This document shows positions 38,801 through 50,624 of a stretch of DNA of 64,000 nucleotides, in pieces; position 1 is the first letter of the stretch; each line of letters begins with the position of its first letter. Source of the stretch: Antedon mediterranea (taxonomy: Eukaryota > Animalia > Echinodermata); the NCBI RefSeq assembly GCF_964355755.1, contig NC_092680.1:21833045-21897044 (forward strand), in the 5' to 3' direction. Position numbers and translations under genes: made by a program. The notes under the pieces are model-generated. The model searched no databases. It was given only the letters and a program-made list of their open reading frames with translations, and was not told the DNA's origin.

Positions 38801-41300
38801 AAAATGGCGTAAAATGACAGCTAGACGGCATGGACCGGGGCAAGTGGTATTTTTCTGAAACGACTGGACCCTACTAGCCCCAACCCATGTATCGTCATCC
38901 CGGTCCATGCCGTTCATAACGTAATTATAGCCCTATAAATCATTCGGTTATATTTCATTTTTTTATAAAAAAACCCCGTTAAATTGTGGTAACGTTTTAA
39001 AATGGCGTAAAATGCTAGCTAGACGGCATGGACCGGGGCAAGTGGTATTTTTCTGAAATGACTGGACCCTACTCGCCCCAACCCATGTATCTTCATCCCG
39101 GTCCATGCCGTTTATAACGTAATTATAGCCCTATATATCATCCGGTAATATTACATTTTTCATTAAAAAAAAACTTAAATTGTAGTAACGTTTTAAAATG
39201 GCGTAAAATGGCAGCTAGACGGCATGGACCGGGGCAAGTGGTATTTTTCTGAAACGACAGGACCATACTAGCCCCAACCCATGTATCGTCATCCCGGTCC
39301 ATGCCGTTTATAACGTAATTATAGCCCTATAAATCATACGGTTATATTGCATTTTTTATAAAAAAAAAACTTAAATTGTGGTAACGTTTTAAAATGGCGT
39401 AAAATGGCAGCTAGACGGCATGGACCGGGGCAAGTGGTATTTTTCTGAAATGACTAGATCCTACTCGCCCCAATCCATGTATCGTCATCCCGGTCCATGC
39501 CGTTTATCACGTAATTATAGCCGTATATTTCATCCGGTTATATTGCAATTTTTATTTAAAAAAACGTTAAATTGTAGTAACGTTTTAAAATGGCGTAAAA
39601 TGACAGCTAGACGGCATGGACCGGGGCAAGTGGTATTTTTCTGAAATGACTGGACCCAACTAGCCCCAACCCATGTATCGTCATCCCGGTCCATGCCGTT
39701 CATAACGTAATTATAGCCCTATAAATCATTCGGTTATATTTCATTTTTTTATAAAAAAAAACGTTAAATTGTGGTATCGTTTTAAAATGGCGTAAAATGC
39801 TAGCTAGACGGCATGGACCGGGGCAAGTGGTATTTTTCTGAAATGACTGGACCCTACTCGCCCCAACCCATGTATCGTCATCCCGGTCCATGCCGTTTAT
39901 AACGTAATTATAGCCCTATATATCATCCGGTAATATTACATTTTTCCTTTAAAAAAAACTTAAATTGTAGTAACGTTTTAAAATGGCGAAAAATGGCAGC
40001 TAGACGGCATGGACCGGGGCAAGTGGTATTTTTCTGAAACGACAGGACCCTACTAGCCCCAACCCATGTATCGTCATCCCGGTCCATGCCGTTTATAACG
40101 TAATTATAGCCCTATAAATCATACGGTTGTATTGCATTTTTTATAAAAAAAAAAACTTAAATTGTGGTAACGTTTTAAAATGGCGTAAAATGGCAGCTAG
40201 ACGGCATGGACCGGGGCAAGTGGTATTTTTCTGAAATGACTAGATCCTACTCGCCCCAATCCATGTATCGTCATCCCGGTCCATGCCGTTTATCACGTAA
40301 TTATAGCCCTATATTTCATCCGGTTATATTGCAATTTTTATTTAAAAAAACGTTAAATTGTAGTAACGTTTTAAAATGGCGTAAAATGACAGCTAGACGG
40401 CATGGACCGGGGCAAGTGGTATTTTTCTGAAACGACTGGACCCTACTAGCCCCAACCCATGTATCGTCATCCCGGTCCATGCCGTTCATAACGTAATTAT
40501 AGCCCTATAAATCATTCGGTTATATTTCATTTTTTTATAAAAAAAACGTTAAATTGTGGTAACGTTTTAAAATGGCGTAAAATGCTAGCTAGACGGCATG
40601 GACCGGGGCAAGTGGTATTTTTCTGAAATGACTGGACCCTTCTCGCCCCAACCCATGTATCGTCATCCCGGTCCATGCCGTTTATAACGTAATTATAGCC
40701 CTATATATCATCCGGTAATATTACATTTTTCATTTAAAAAAAACTTAAATTGTAGTAACGTTTTAAAATGGCGTAAAATGGCAGCTAGACGGCAGGGACC
40801 GGGGCAAGTGGTATTTTTCTGAAACGACAGGACCCTACTAGCCCCAACCCATGTATCGTCATCCCGGTCCATGCCGTTTATAACGTAATTATAGCCCTAT
40901 AAATCATACGGTTATATTGCATTTTTTATTTAAAAAAAACTTAAATTGTGGTAACGTTTTAAAATGGCGTAAAATGGCAGCTAGACGGCATGGACCGGGG
41001 CAAGTGGTATTTTTCTGAAATGACTAGATCCTACTCGCCCCAATCCATGTATCGTCATCCCGGTCCATGCCGTTTATCACGTAATTATAGCCCTATAAAT
41101 CATCCGGTATATTGCATTTTTTATTTAAAAAAACATTAAATTGTAGTAAGGTTTTAAAATGGCGTAAAATGACAGCTAGACGGCATGGACCGGGGCAAGT
41201 GGTATTTTTCTGAAACGACTGGACCCTACTAGCCCCAACCCATGTATCGTCATCCCGGTCCATGCTGTTTATAACGAAGTTATAGCCCTATAAATCATAA
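32871..41300 (-). repeat. Satellite of about 196 bp, right arm, inverted (about 43 monomers, 4-monomer higher-order repeat of 786 bp)
   Basis: The diagnostic variant GACTAGATCCTACTCGCCCCAATCC recurs every 786 bp (ORF-track starts 38634, 39420, 40206). Confidence 0.96.
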
Positions 41301-41464
41301 CCCTAGTTAATCTAAGCCGTAAGTATAAAATCATTTAATTAAAATATTACACATATTGCGCCCCATACATGTGAATGTGAATGTCGAATAAGGATCCAAC
41401 TTCACAAAAAAAATTGAATATCGAATAAGGAATAAGTAACCAACTTCACGCCGGTCGATAAATG

Positions 41465-42780
41465 GCGCTCTCGATCCCCATATTTGAGCATTATTGACGA
41501 TCGAGTCGAGCATTCTCTACTTCTACGGAGCGCCATTTATGCCTTTATTTATTTCCGAAATAGAAATAGTACTACAACGGTAACTGGTTCAGTGGACCAA
41601 ATTTAGCACCAGTGGAACACAGTGATATAAAATAGAAATAAGTCACTCATTTTAATATCTTTTCGTATGTTAATACACTGGGCTCAAGTGGACACAATTT
41701 GGAGCCAGTGGAGCACAGTGATATAATAGAAACAAGTCATTGAATGTTAATATCTTTTCGTATGCTACGGGGTATGCTAGTCTAGTACTGTGCTCAAGTG
41801 GACACAATTTTGCGCCAGTGGAGCACAGTGATATAAAATAGAAATAAGTCACTGAATTTTAATATCTTTTCGTATTTTAATACACTTTACTCAATTGAAC
41901 CCTATTTGGAGCCGGGGAGCACAGTGATATAAAATAGAAATAAGTCACTGAATGTTAATATCTTTTCGTATTTTAATACACTGTGCTCAAGTGGACCCAA
42001 TTAGTATCCCTAAATTAGCCATATATTGAGCAAATCTGTGACAAAATTTAAAAGAAGCTAATTTCAACTGATTTTGGTAGGTATGGGTATGGACAACTAC
42101 CAAAAAAAAGAAGGGAAGATATAGGGGCTGGGGAAAATCGGAGGTCAAAGTTCATTGACCGTTGCCAAATAGCTATAATAGTATGAATCATATTTCGTCA
42201 CTATTTAATTTTATATTCCAATTTTATTGAAGCATATATAAAGTCGAGTTTTTTTTAAACCCAACCTAAAATTCGCCTCTGGATAGTTGAAATTTAACAT
42301 TATAATTATCAATGTGATATGATAAATCTAATTGATGCCGATTTCCAGACCAATTTCGAAGCTTAGACTAATTCCGCCGCCAGGCTAGGCCATGCGCATA
42401 TACGAAGTCGAGTTTTTAGACTAGAAAACCCCACCTAAAATGTTGACGTCGCATCTGGAGATAGTTAAATCATAGGTGACTATGTATATTAATAAGTATA
42501 AATAAGTGCATTTCTGGGCTCTATTTTCATTGCTCTGCCTCAACCATGGATGGGCTAGTACTGGAGACTTAATATTTAATTTAATTTTATATTTCAATTA
42601 ATAGGTGCACTTTCCGGGAACAAGCTCATATTGTCCTGGTGAGTCTTATATAGTTTGTTTCATTCAAATCATGTAACACCATTTTTTCGGGCGGGAACCT
42701 ACTGTATACAGCTCTTTTTTTTCAAAATTGTCTTTGCTCAGCCCCACAAGCATGGTGGGGTACTGAAGATTCTTATGTTG
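41465..42780 (-). mobile_element. Inverted copy of the 14400-15745 repeat element
   Basis: Same terminus (GGCATAAATGGCGCTCCGTAGAAGTAGAGAATGCTCGA), 119 bp units, and shared CCATGGTTGAGGCAGAGC and GGGGCTGAGCAAAGACAATTTTGAA segments on the minus strand. Confidence 0.78.
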
Positions 42781-42854
42781 TTTGAAAACATAAAAGATAA
42801 ATTTGAATCAATGTGAATGCCAAGATGGTTCTGTTTGTCAGTTTGTGATATGGG

Positions 42855-43020
42855 TATTAAAAGTAGTGACTTTTTTTCTATTTTATATCACTGTGCTCCA
42901 CTGGTGCTAAATTGGGTCCACTTGAGCAGTTACCGTTAGTACTATTTCTATTACTGAAGTTAATAAAGGCATAAATGGCGCTCCGTAGAGAATGCTCCAG
43001 TCGTCAGAATGACGCTCTGA
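42855..43020 (+). mobile_element. Terminal fragment of the same repeat element
   Basis: One partial 119 bp unit followed by GTTACCGT...TAAAGGCATAAATGGCGCTCCGTAGAGAATGCTC. Confidence 0.72.
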
Positions 43021-43389
43021 TCTGAATCTTTGTTAGTTGAGAGATAGACGTACACATATCTTTTGATACCTGGGAAGAACTTATATTATATTATTATATT
43101 AATATACTAAATACATAGCTTATACAACACACTATATTGTAATTGAAACAAAAAATAAAAGAACACTTTCATACAATTCATGATCTTTTATTATAAAATG
43201 AATAATACAATCAGAAAATGGAGGAGACCATTAAAAGTAAAAATCACATTCTGTTTTAAACACACAACAGTGTATGTATAATAGACATATAGTTAATAGT
43301 GACTATGATTTAGATAAGCAAATACTATATTAATATATAGGTAAATTAGGCCAAATTGAAAAAAGCAATCTTTGTTAACTAAACACAAA

Positions 43390-43810
43390 ACAACTCTTAA
43401 TATATTAAAAGTAGAGTTGTTTTTGATATGGTTTTTTTATACAACTCATTCAATTCTGTTTATGATTGTCCTCTTGTTGCTTTGTTTAAGTTGCATATTC
43501 CAACTCGTACTCGCAGCAAGTGTTTGCTTCACGTTCCTTGTGGTCGTGTTGAATGCACAAAACGAGGTGTTTTTCAGCGGTTACCTAACACATTTAATAG
43601 GTTACTTGTTTGGATATTGATTTATTTTATGATAGTTTAAATGTATTTAAGGGTAAAATTGTTAAATCTCTATAATGTTCCAATCTTTGTTTATGTTTTT
43701 GTTGCTTATTTGAATACATTTTTATAGTTTATTATTATGTTAGATTCAACCTGTTAGTGGCGGTTTCATCGCTGTTGGTTGACAACTGAATAAAATAAGT
43801 AAAATAAAAT
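43390..43810 (+). mobile_element. Possible 3' fragment of a non-LTR retrotransposon (LINE)
   Basis: LFKLHIPTRTRSKCLLHVP...VFQRLPNTFNRL resembles LINE ORF2 C-termini; followed by an (AATAA)n-like tail. Confidence 0.4.
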
Positions 43811-44013
43811 ATTAAATCGTATTACCACCGTCATTCTAGATCAATTTACTACTTTTAGTATATTTTACTATTGCCATATTATTAATTATTCTAATGGAAT
43901 GTCTAAAAATAAATAACAGCAGTAAAAATATTTTTTCAAATTTATATAAAAGAACAACAACTATAGAACATGAATAATAAAGCATAATAACATAAAGCAA
44001 CCATTAATGTTTC

Positions 44014-44682
44014 CTAGTTAGACCATCATGTGACCAGATAATCTAGTTAGACCATCATGTGACCAGATAATCTAGTTAGACCATCATGTGACCAGATAAT
44101 CTAGTTAGACCATCATGTGACCAGATAATCTAGTTAGACCATCATGTGACCAGATAATCTAGTTAGACCATCATGTGACCAGATAATCTAGTTAGGCCAT
44201 CATGTGACCAGATAATCTAGTTAGACCATCATGTGACCAGATAATCTAGTTAGACCATCATGTGACCAGATAATCTAGTTAGGCCATTATGTGACCAGAT
44301 AATCTAGTTAGACCATCATGTGACCAGATAATCTAGTAAGGCCATCATGTGACCAGATAATCTAGTTAGGCCATCATGTGACCAGATAATCTAGTTAGGC
44401 CATCATGTGACCAGATAATCTAGTTAGGCCATCATGTGACCAGATAATCTAGTTAGGCCATCATGTGACCAGATAATCTAGTTAGGCCATCATGTGACCA
44501 GATAATCTAGTTAGGCCATCATGTGACCAGATAATCTAGTTAGGCAATCATGTGACCCAGTAATCGAATTAAGCCATCATGTGACCCGGTAATATAGTAA
44601 GGCCATCATGTGACCTGGTAATCTTTTAGTTAGGCCATCATGTGACCCAGTAATCTTTTAGTTAGTCCATCATATGACCTGT
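44014..44682. repeat. 29 bp minisatellite, about 22 copies, degenerating to the right
   Basis: Unit CTAGTTAG(A/G)CCATCATGTGACCAGATAAT. Confidence 0.95.
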
Positions 44683-44901
44683 TAACTTTGCTTTTAACTG
44701 TGCATCATTGAATACTTGTTTATACAGTACTTTACATACTTAAATGTGTTATAACTAAACTGTCACATTGTATGCAAAGGTTCTTTATGATTCTGCAATG
44801 TTTTTGTGTGTCTTAACTTGATTTCTCATCTCGTCATGTTTCCTTTTTTCACCATAATGTTGATATTCATGATCGTCATTACATGCTGACTGGTGATAAT
44901 G

Positions 44902-45168
44902 TTACAAACTTTCCATAGCATCACAGCTACCACTTTCATTACAACAAAAGAACACACAATTTCCTAAGCAGTTATAACAGACCAGGCCCAAAGCAACGCT
45001 AAAGACTATTGTACATATGGTGCAAGGACGCCTCTCTAGAAAGAAACCTGTTAGATAGAGAATGATGAACATTGCATGGCTGTGAAGCAAACCAATATTG
45101 ACGAAGCCTAGCCCAGTTTTTGGCAAAGGCATTAGAAGTACGGGCAGAAGCCATTGTAAACAGTACAT
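44902..45168 (-). CDS. BLCAP: Bladder cancer-associated protein (BC10), 88 aa
   Basis: [12 protein letters not shown]...HSHAMF...[15 protein letters not shown]...[10 protein letters not shown] matches BLCAP; single coding exon with an upstream acceptor at 45332-45333. Confidence 0.95.
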   Translation of the reverse strand: MYCLQWLLPVLLMPLPKTGLGFVNIGLLHSHAMFIILYLTGFFLERRPCTICTIVFSVALGLVCYNCLGNCVFFCCNESGSCDAMESL

Positions 45169-46256
45169 GATGAAGGCTTCCAGTTAGATACTCATATCTA
45201 GAGTTATTTGAATGATAATGAATTCATGAAGAGTACGTTCATCATTGAGTAGTTACAGGGTTAGATAACCTCTCTAATTTTAATCCACTTGGTATATTCC
45301 ATTAGTTTGAGATAACTGTATGTATTATTATCTGTAATAAAAAAAGAAATAATTATGATTTAATTTATTTATGATTAGTTAGTATGATATTGATATGACC
45401 TACTAAATAAACACGCTAAAGCTACCCTTTCATTCCAATCAATTTAATATTAACATATCGGATCCAATACAATACAATACTAACTACTAACAGTAACAAT
45501 GACAACTTGCTTGGGCGAAACGACCATTTGTATGTCCAGACATAGCCTAGCCTACCTACACTTCTCCACTACTACTAGCTAGGCCTAGCATTACTTAGAG
45601 GCCTAGGCCTAGACTAGTAGTAGTAGTAGGCTACATACTAGGCCTAGCTAGGCCTACCTACTAGAGGCTAGCTAGTAGGCCCTGGGCCTAGCCTCTACTA
45701 TGCTAGCTAGGCCTACTTAGTACTAACATTTTTATTAGCTAGGTCCAGGGCCTTAGCTAAGCCTACTGGCGCTAATGCAGTTTCGTACACAATCATTTAT
45801 GTAGGCCTGAACCACTATCAGACCCTACCTCCACACCCCTGTCCACCCTGTTGTGTATGTGCTCTCATAACAGAACGAACCGACCACGCACGTATCATAT
45901 CCCCGAACAACAAAAATCATCGGTAATCCATCACACAACCACCACCACCAACGAACGACGACCAAATTAATGATTATTGTCGGCCTGTCATTGGTCGAAC
46001 GTTACCATCTAGCCTATTATGATGACGAAATAGACTCGCTCACTCAGTCTCAAGGTGCGAGCCAGCGAGGCATGCAATTCCCTCAGGGCCTTTACGGTAA
46101 TTTATAAACATAAACAGCGCGCGCAGCGGCGCAACACATACAAGAGCTTAACTACTAATGTTAATATTCCTAAACAATAAAATATCAGTGATAATAAATA
46201 GGATTTAGTTTAGGGCTACCACTGTGCGCTACAATACCCATTGGTTAAAGCTATTA

Positions 46257-46410
46257 ACTGTCTACACTATCAAACTAGTATGACAAAAAAAGTGTGGTGT
46301 GTCCAAATATGGTAGTGATATGTTTAAATATGGTAGTGATATGACATCAATTATGTCCATATATAGGCACATCACATTGTCACATAAAGCTTGATAGTGT
46401 AGACAGAGCT
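46257..46410. mobile_element. GTCTACACTATCAAACT-TIR MITE
   Basis: CTGTCTACACTATCAAACT ... TTGATAGTGTAGACAGAGCT. Confidence 0.8.
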
Positions 46411-46880
46411 AATTACTTTCACTCTTGCAATTGAGCCAAAGCTAATTTTGTGCATTTATAAACAAGCACGAATGTGCAATACTCAGGGTACAGCGAAAGA
46501 AGCTGTAATGACGTCATAAGACCGGATGTAACGTCACATAGGCCTACACATAACCTCGCTACGGTACCATCTTCGAGACGTGATATGGCTGCATCCGGTT
46601 TGAAATTTAAAAATCCAGCTCTATAGCTTTGAGGACATGTCCCTGTAGTATATTCAAGCCAAATCCCAGCTCAATACTACAGCGAATAAGGGATCAGTAG
46701 TACTTTATAAATCGCACTTTTTACTCAATAGTGTTCGGATGGAAGAAGAAGAGGAAAAGATGCGAGAGTCCCAGACTCAAGTACCCCATGGAGGTATGAG
46801 TACCCCGAGTAATAAAACGAAATATACTCTATATCATATTACGTATACAGTATATTTCACCATAAAATTTAAGAAAAAAT

Positions 46881-46960
46881 AGGTTTCGCCAATGCTCGAA
46901 AATCGGGGACCTTCTGCGTGTTAAGCAGACTTGATAACCACTGGGCCTACACTACGAAAC
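46881..46960 (-). pseudogene. Degenerate tRNA-Val(AAC) copy
   Basis: Retains CTGCTTAACACGCAGAAGGTCC; a GGGCCT insertion in the D-arm/A-box region and a broken T arm. Confidence 0.7.
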
Positions 46961-47168
46961 ATCTTACACCAAAAATGTGGATTACACAAAGTTTTTTAAT
47001 CCATTTAAATTACAAATAAATATGGTAATAAGCACAAAGTAAAATAAACATGTGTAAAAGTGATAACTACCGATTACACAAAATAAGTATTTAAAAAAAT
47101 AATAAAAATCTGATATATGTACATATTGCGTATAAAGTACTTTTCACACTAAAGTTAAAAAAAAGAAA

Positions 47169-47241
47169 AGGTTTCACCCGGTCTCGAACCGAGGACCTTC
47201 TGCGTGTTAAGCAGGCGTGATAACCACTACGCCAAGAAGCC
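47169..47241 (-). tRNA. tRNA-Val(AAC), possibly a pseudogene
   Basis: GGCTTCTTGGCGTAGTGGTTATCACGCCTGCTTAACACGCAGAAGGTCCTCGGTTCGAGACCGGGTGAAACCT, 73 nt, intact D and T arms, T-run terminator directly downstream; two mismatches in the acceptor stem. Confidence 0.72.
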
Positions 47242-47437
47242 GCATATAAGTACATAACGCTGTGGTGTGTGTCACACATTGTGGCTTCTTAATAAACAAA
47301 TTAATTAACAAACAAGCACGAATGTGCGATACTCGGGGTACAGCAAAAGAGGTTAGGTACCCCGAGTAATAAAACGAGATATACGCTATATCATAATTAC
47401 GTATACAGTATATTTCACCATAAAGTTTAAGAAAAAT

Positions 47438-47503
47438 AGGTTTCGCCAGGGCTCGAACCTTCTGCGTGTTAATCAAACCTGATAACCACTACACTCCGAA
47501 ACC
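47438..47503 (-). pseudogene. Degenerate tRNA-Val(AAC) copy with an internal deletion
   Basis: GGTTTCGGAGTGTAGTGGTTATCAGG...TTAACACGCAGAAGGTTCGAGCCCTGGCGAAACC; shares downstream flank with the 46881 copy. Confidence 0.7.
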
Positions 47504-47832
47504 TCTTTGTGGGTTACACAAAGTTTTTTAATCCATACAATGAATGGCAAGAGACATCCTCTATAATAGATAGCGATCTGTAAAACGATAGATTGTGATT
47601 ATATTTTAATGTAAGGGGTGCACGAAGACGCATTTATGACGGTTGAACCATAAAGATCGCAAATTTGGCCACTTTTTTTATGGCATCATGCATGGCTAAT
47701 GTTATAATTCAATATATATATAGATGATGTAAAATCATTTATTATTTTTTTATATTCAGATACTTCTCAGAATACATTTTATTTATTTTCGTTATGTATA
47801 TAGTATATGTTATGTATATAGTATATGTTATG

Positions 47833-49821
47833 ATCAAATAAGTTAAAACTGCCTCAATATAGATTTATTTTAACGACATGTTTCGGACATAGCCCATCAT
47901 CAGGTGAAAAGAATTGTAACAAAGGATAACATATATAAGTCACAAAATTACATAATAAAACAAATCAGCCAATCAAAGATGTTAACAAACAAAAGGCATA
48001 GTTATAAAGGCACGCCTCCAAAAGCTATGGTGTACAAAGCAGGAACGGTTGCTTATAAAGCAGGAAATTTAAAACAAAGACAAAAGCTTCAAGTGTAAAT
48101 AAATGTTAATATGTGAATGTCTCTGGCAAAATTAATGTTTAAAGGATCTAAATTGTACATTTATGCCGGTAGGGGCAAGAGTGCCAAGCTTTACAATTAT
48201 TCTTTCTTCTATAATTCTACGAGATGTCTCAGAACCATTACATACTTTAACACCAGAAATAGTAATATCCGAAAGGGAATGCTCATTATTACAAAAATGG
48301 GTGGCTACAGGTAATCCGGGAGTCTTTAGTTTAATAGACCTTAAATGTTCTACAAACCTATCACCTAACCTGCGTTTAGTTTCACCAATATAAAGCATAT
48401 TACATTTAGTACACGAAATACAATAAACTAGATTTCTAGTGGTGCACGTAATACGATCTGTGATAACATAATTACCAGAAGGTCCTACTATTTGGTTTGA
48501 ACATGAAACGTAATTACATGTCGAACATCTATTTCTATTACATTTGAATGTTCCAGTTGATTCATTACCGTACCTTTGTTTTGTAATTTAGATTTAACTA
48601 AAGTGTCTTTAATGCTTTGATCACGTCTGTAAGCTATCATGGGTGGTTCTTGAAAAATATCTTTTGTCGCGGATTTATCTTCAGTCAAAATTGAAAAGTT
48701 ATCGCGGACAATGTTAATAACCTTCTTATTCATAGGATGATACGTGAGGACTAGAGGTATGCGGTCACAAGCATTTGTATTATGTATAGGTTGCAATGTG
48801 TCCTCGTGCGTTAACTGGCAAACTTTTCTTAGAGATTTCACAGTAGTATCAGATGGATATTCGCGTGCATTGAAAAAATCGATCATCTCAGATGCTTTGA
48901 TGTTAAAGTCATCATCATCGCTACATAAACGTCGAAGTCTAACAAGTTGCGAATACGGTATAGCATTCTTACAAAGCTGGAGGATGCGAAGAGTTGTAAT
49001 TTAGATAAGTGTGCGCGTCAGTATCTTTGTAGTGGACGGATGTAGAAAGACCAGGTTTATCAATAGATAAACTAATATCAAGGAAAGGCACACACTTGTC
49101 AGAAATTTCATGAGTAGGCCTAAACTTTATAGCAGGATGAAAATTGTTCACAAAGTTAATGAACTCATTAAGTTCATCTAAAGTTCCCGACATAACACCA
49201 ACACAATCATCAATATACCGTTTGAATAAATCTGGTTTCTTCCCCTTATAATCTCGTAACACATTCTGCTCAAAATACCCCATAAAGAGGCAAGCAAAGT
49301 TAGGTCCCATTTTTGTACCCATGCTTATCCCAGAAACTTGCCGAAAAAACTTTCCATTGAAGTTGAAGGCTGTAGTATTAAGTACAAGTTCAGCGAGACG
49401 TAGTATTGTCGATGCGGGATATTTAATTGAATTATCTAGTTCAATAAAATGTCTCATTGCGCTAAGTCCATCTTGAATAGGAATTGATGTGTATAAGGCC
49501 GTAACATTCATTGTAAAAAGATAAGCACTCTCAGATGAAAATGTATAATCTTTAAACAAAACTACAGCTTCTTTGCTATCTTTGATGTGGGTTGGCAGAT
49601 TTTGTACAATTGGCTTCAAGATTCCATCCAAGAACTCGCTAATAACAACTGTAGGCGCGTTACAAGCGGAAACAATAGGTCTACCAGGACTGTTAGTCTT
49701 GTGTATTTTAGGTAACATGTAAAAGCTAGGACAAGTGGCGTCAGAATTAATCAATATATGGGCTGTAGAAGGAAGCTCTTTCTTCTTAATCATACTATTT
49801 ACAGTCTTCTTAACAATACCA
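47833..49821 (-). mobile_element. Penelope-like retroelement (RT plus GIY-YIG endonuclease), 5'-truncated and inactivated
   Basis: YMLPKIHK..PGRPIVS, QVSGISMGTKMGP, KRYIDD, PFLDI (48969-49821), middle part 48488-48886, GIY-YIG LVYCISC..CNMLYIGETKRRLGDRFVEH (48132-48430). Frameshifts separate the segments and the first catalytic Asp appears as Asn (FTMNVTALYT). Confidence 0.93.
47868..47910 (-). ncRNA. Minimal type I hammerhead ribozyme at the 3' end of the Penelope-like element
   Basis: UUUUCAC-CUGAUGA-U-GGGC-UAU-GUCC-GAAAC-AU-GUC-GUUAAAA: both core boxes, stem II, palindromic ACAUGU stem III, GUC cleavage triplet, stem I with one mismatch. Confidence 0.8.
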
Positions 49822-50580
49822 GTATATGTTATGTATATAGTATAATATGTTATGTATATAGTATATGTTATGTATATAGTATATGTTATGTATATAGTAT
49901 ATGTTATGTATATAGTATACAAATAATGAATGTTTATGAGTGCAATGGTACAAATAATGGCACGAGGTGAATGATGAAAGGTTATATCAACGAGGCAAAG
50001 CCGAGTTGATATAACCTTTCATCATTCACCAAGTGCCATTATTTGTACCATTACACGAATACAATGTTATGTATATAGTATATGTTGTGTATATAGTATA
50101 CAAATAATGAATGTTTATGAGTGCAATGGTACAAATAATGGCACGAGGTGAATGATGAAAGGTTATATCAACGAGGCAAAGCCGAGTTGATATAACCTTT
50201 CATCATTCACCAAGTGCCATTATTTGTACCATTACACGAATACAAAACATTCATTATTTGTTTTATATAACATCTAGACGTTTTTTTTTCGTACACAAAA
50301 ATGTTTCAAAAAGTACTATTTAACGATCGTTGAATAGTGCGTACTATTGCACGCCATGTGACCCACATTCGTCCAATCAAATGACAGGAATTTATATAGG
50401 TGTTATATAATATATGTTATGTATATAGTATATGTTATGTATATAGTATATGTTATGTATATAGTATATGTTATGTATATAGTATATGTTATGTATATAG
50501 TATATGTTATGTATATAGTATATGTTATGTATATAGTATATGTTATGTATATAGTATATGTTATGTATATAGTATATGTT
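49822..50580. repeat. 18 bp minisatellite blocks (also at 47790-47832)
   Basis: (TATGTTATGTATATAGTA)n at 49822-49918, 50065-50100 and 50402-50580. Confidence 0.92.
49918..50262. repeat. Two tandem copies of a palindromic element of about 150-165 bp
   Basis: ...GGTGAATGATGAAAGGTTATATCAAC-GAGGCAAAGCCGA-GTTGATATAACCTTTCATCATTCACC... with long imperfect outer arms. Confidence 0.85.
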
Positions 50581-50624
50581 CTCTCTGTGGATATTTATCT
50601 GACATAAAAGAATAAATGAATTTA

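Larger units (their letters stand above)
29101..41455. mobile_element. 12.4 kb foldback-type element: about 160 bp unique TIRs plus inverted satellite arms
   Basis: 29101 to about 29260 is a near-perfect reverse complement of about 41300-41455. The internal satellite of about 196 bp switches orientation at about 32871. Flanks CGA(TATA)TAAATG and CGATAAATG suggest a 9 bp TSD. Confidence 0.88.

Noticed and set aside
29260-41300. Repeated 60-74 aa ORFs (MDRDDDTW..., MDRGKWYF...) as a tandem gene family
   Set aside because: They are chance frames in satellite monomers, occur on both strands and are broken by homopolymer length changes.
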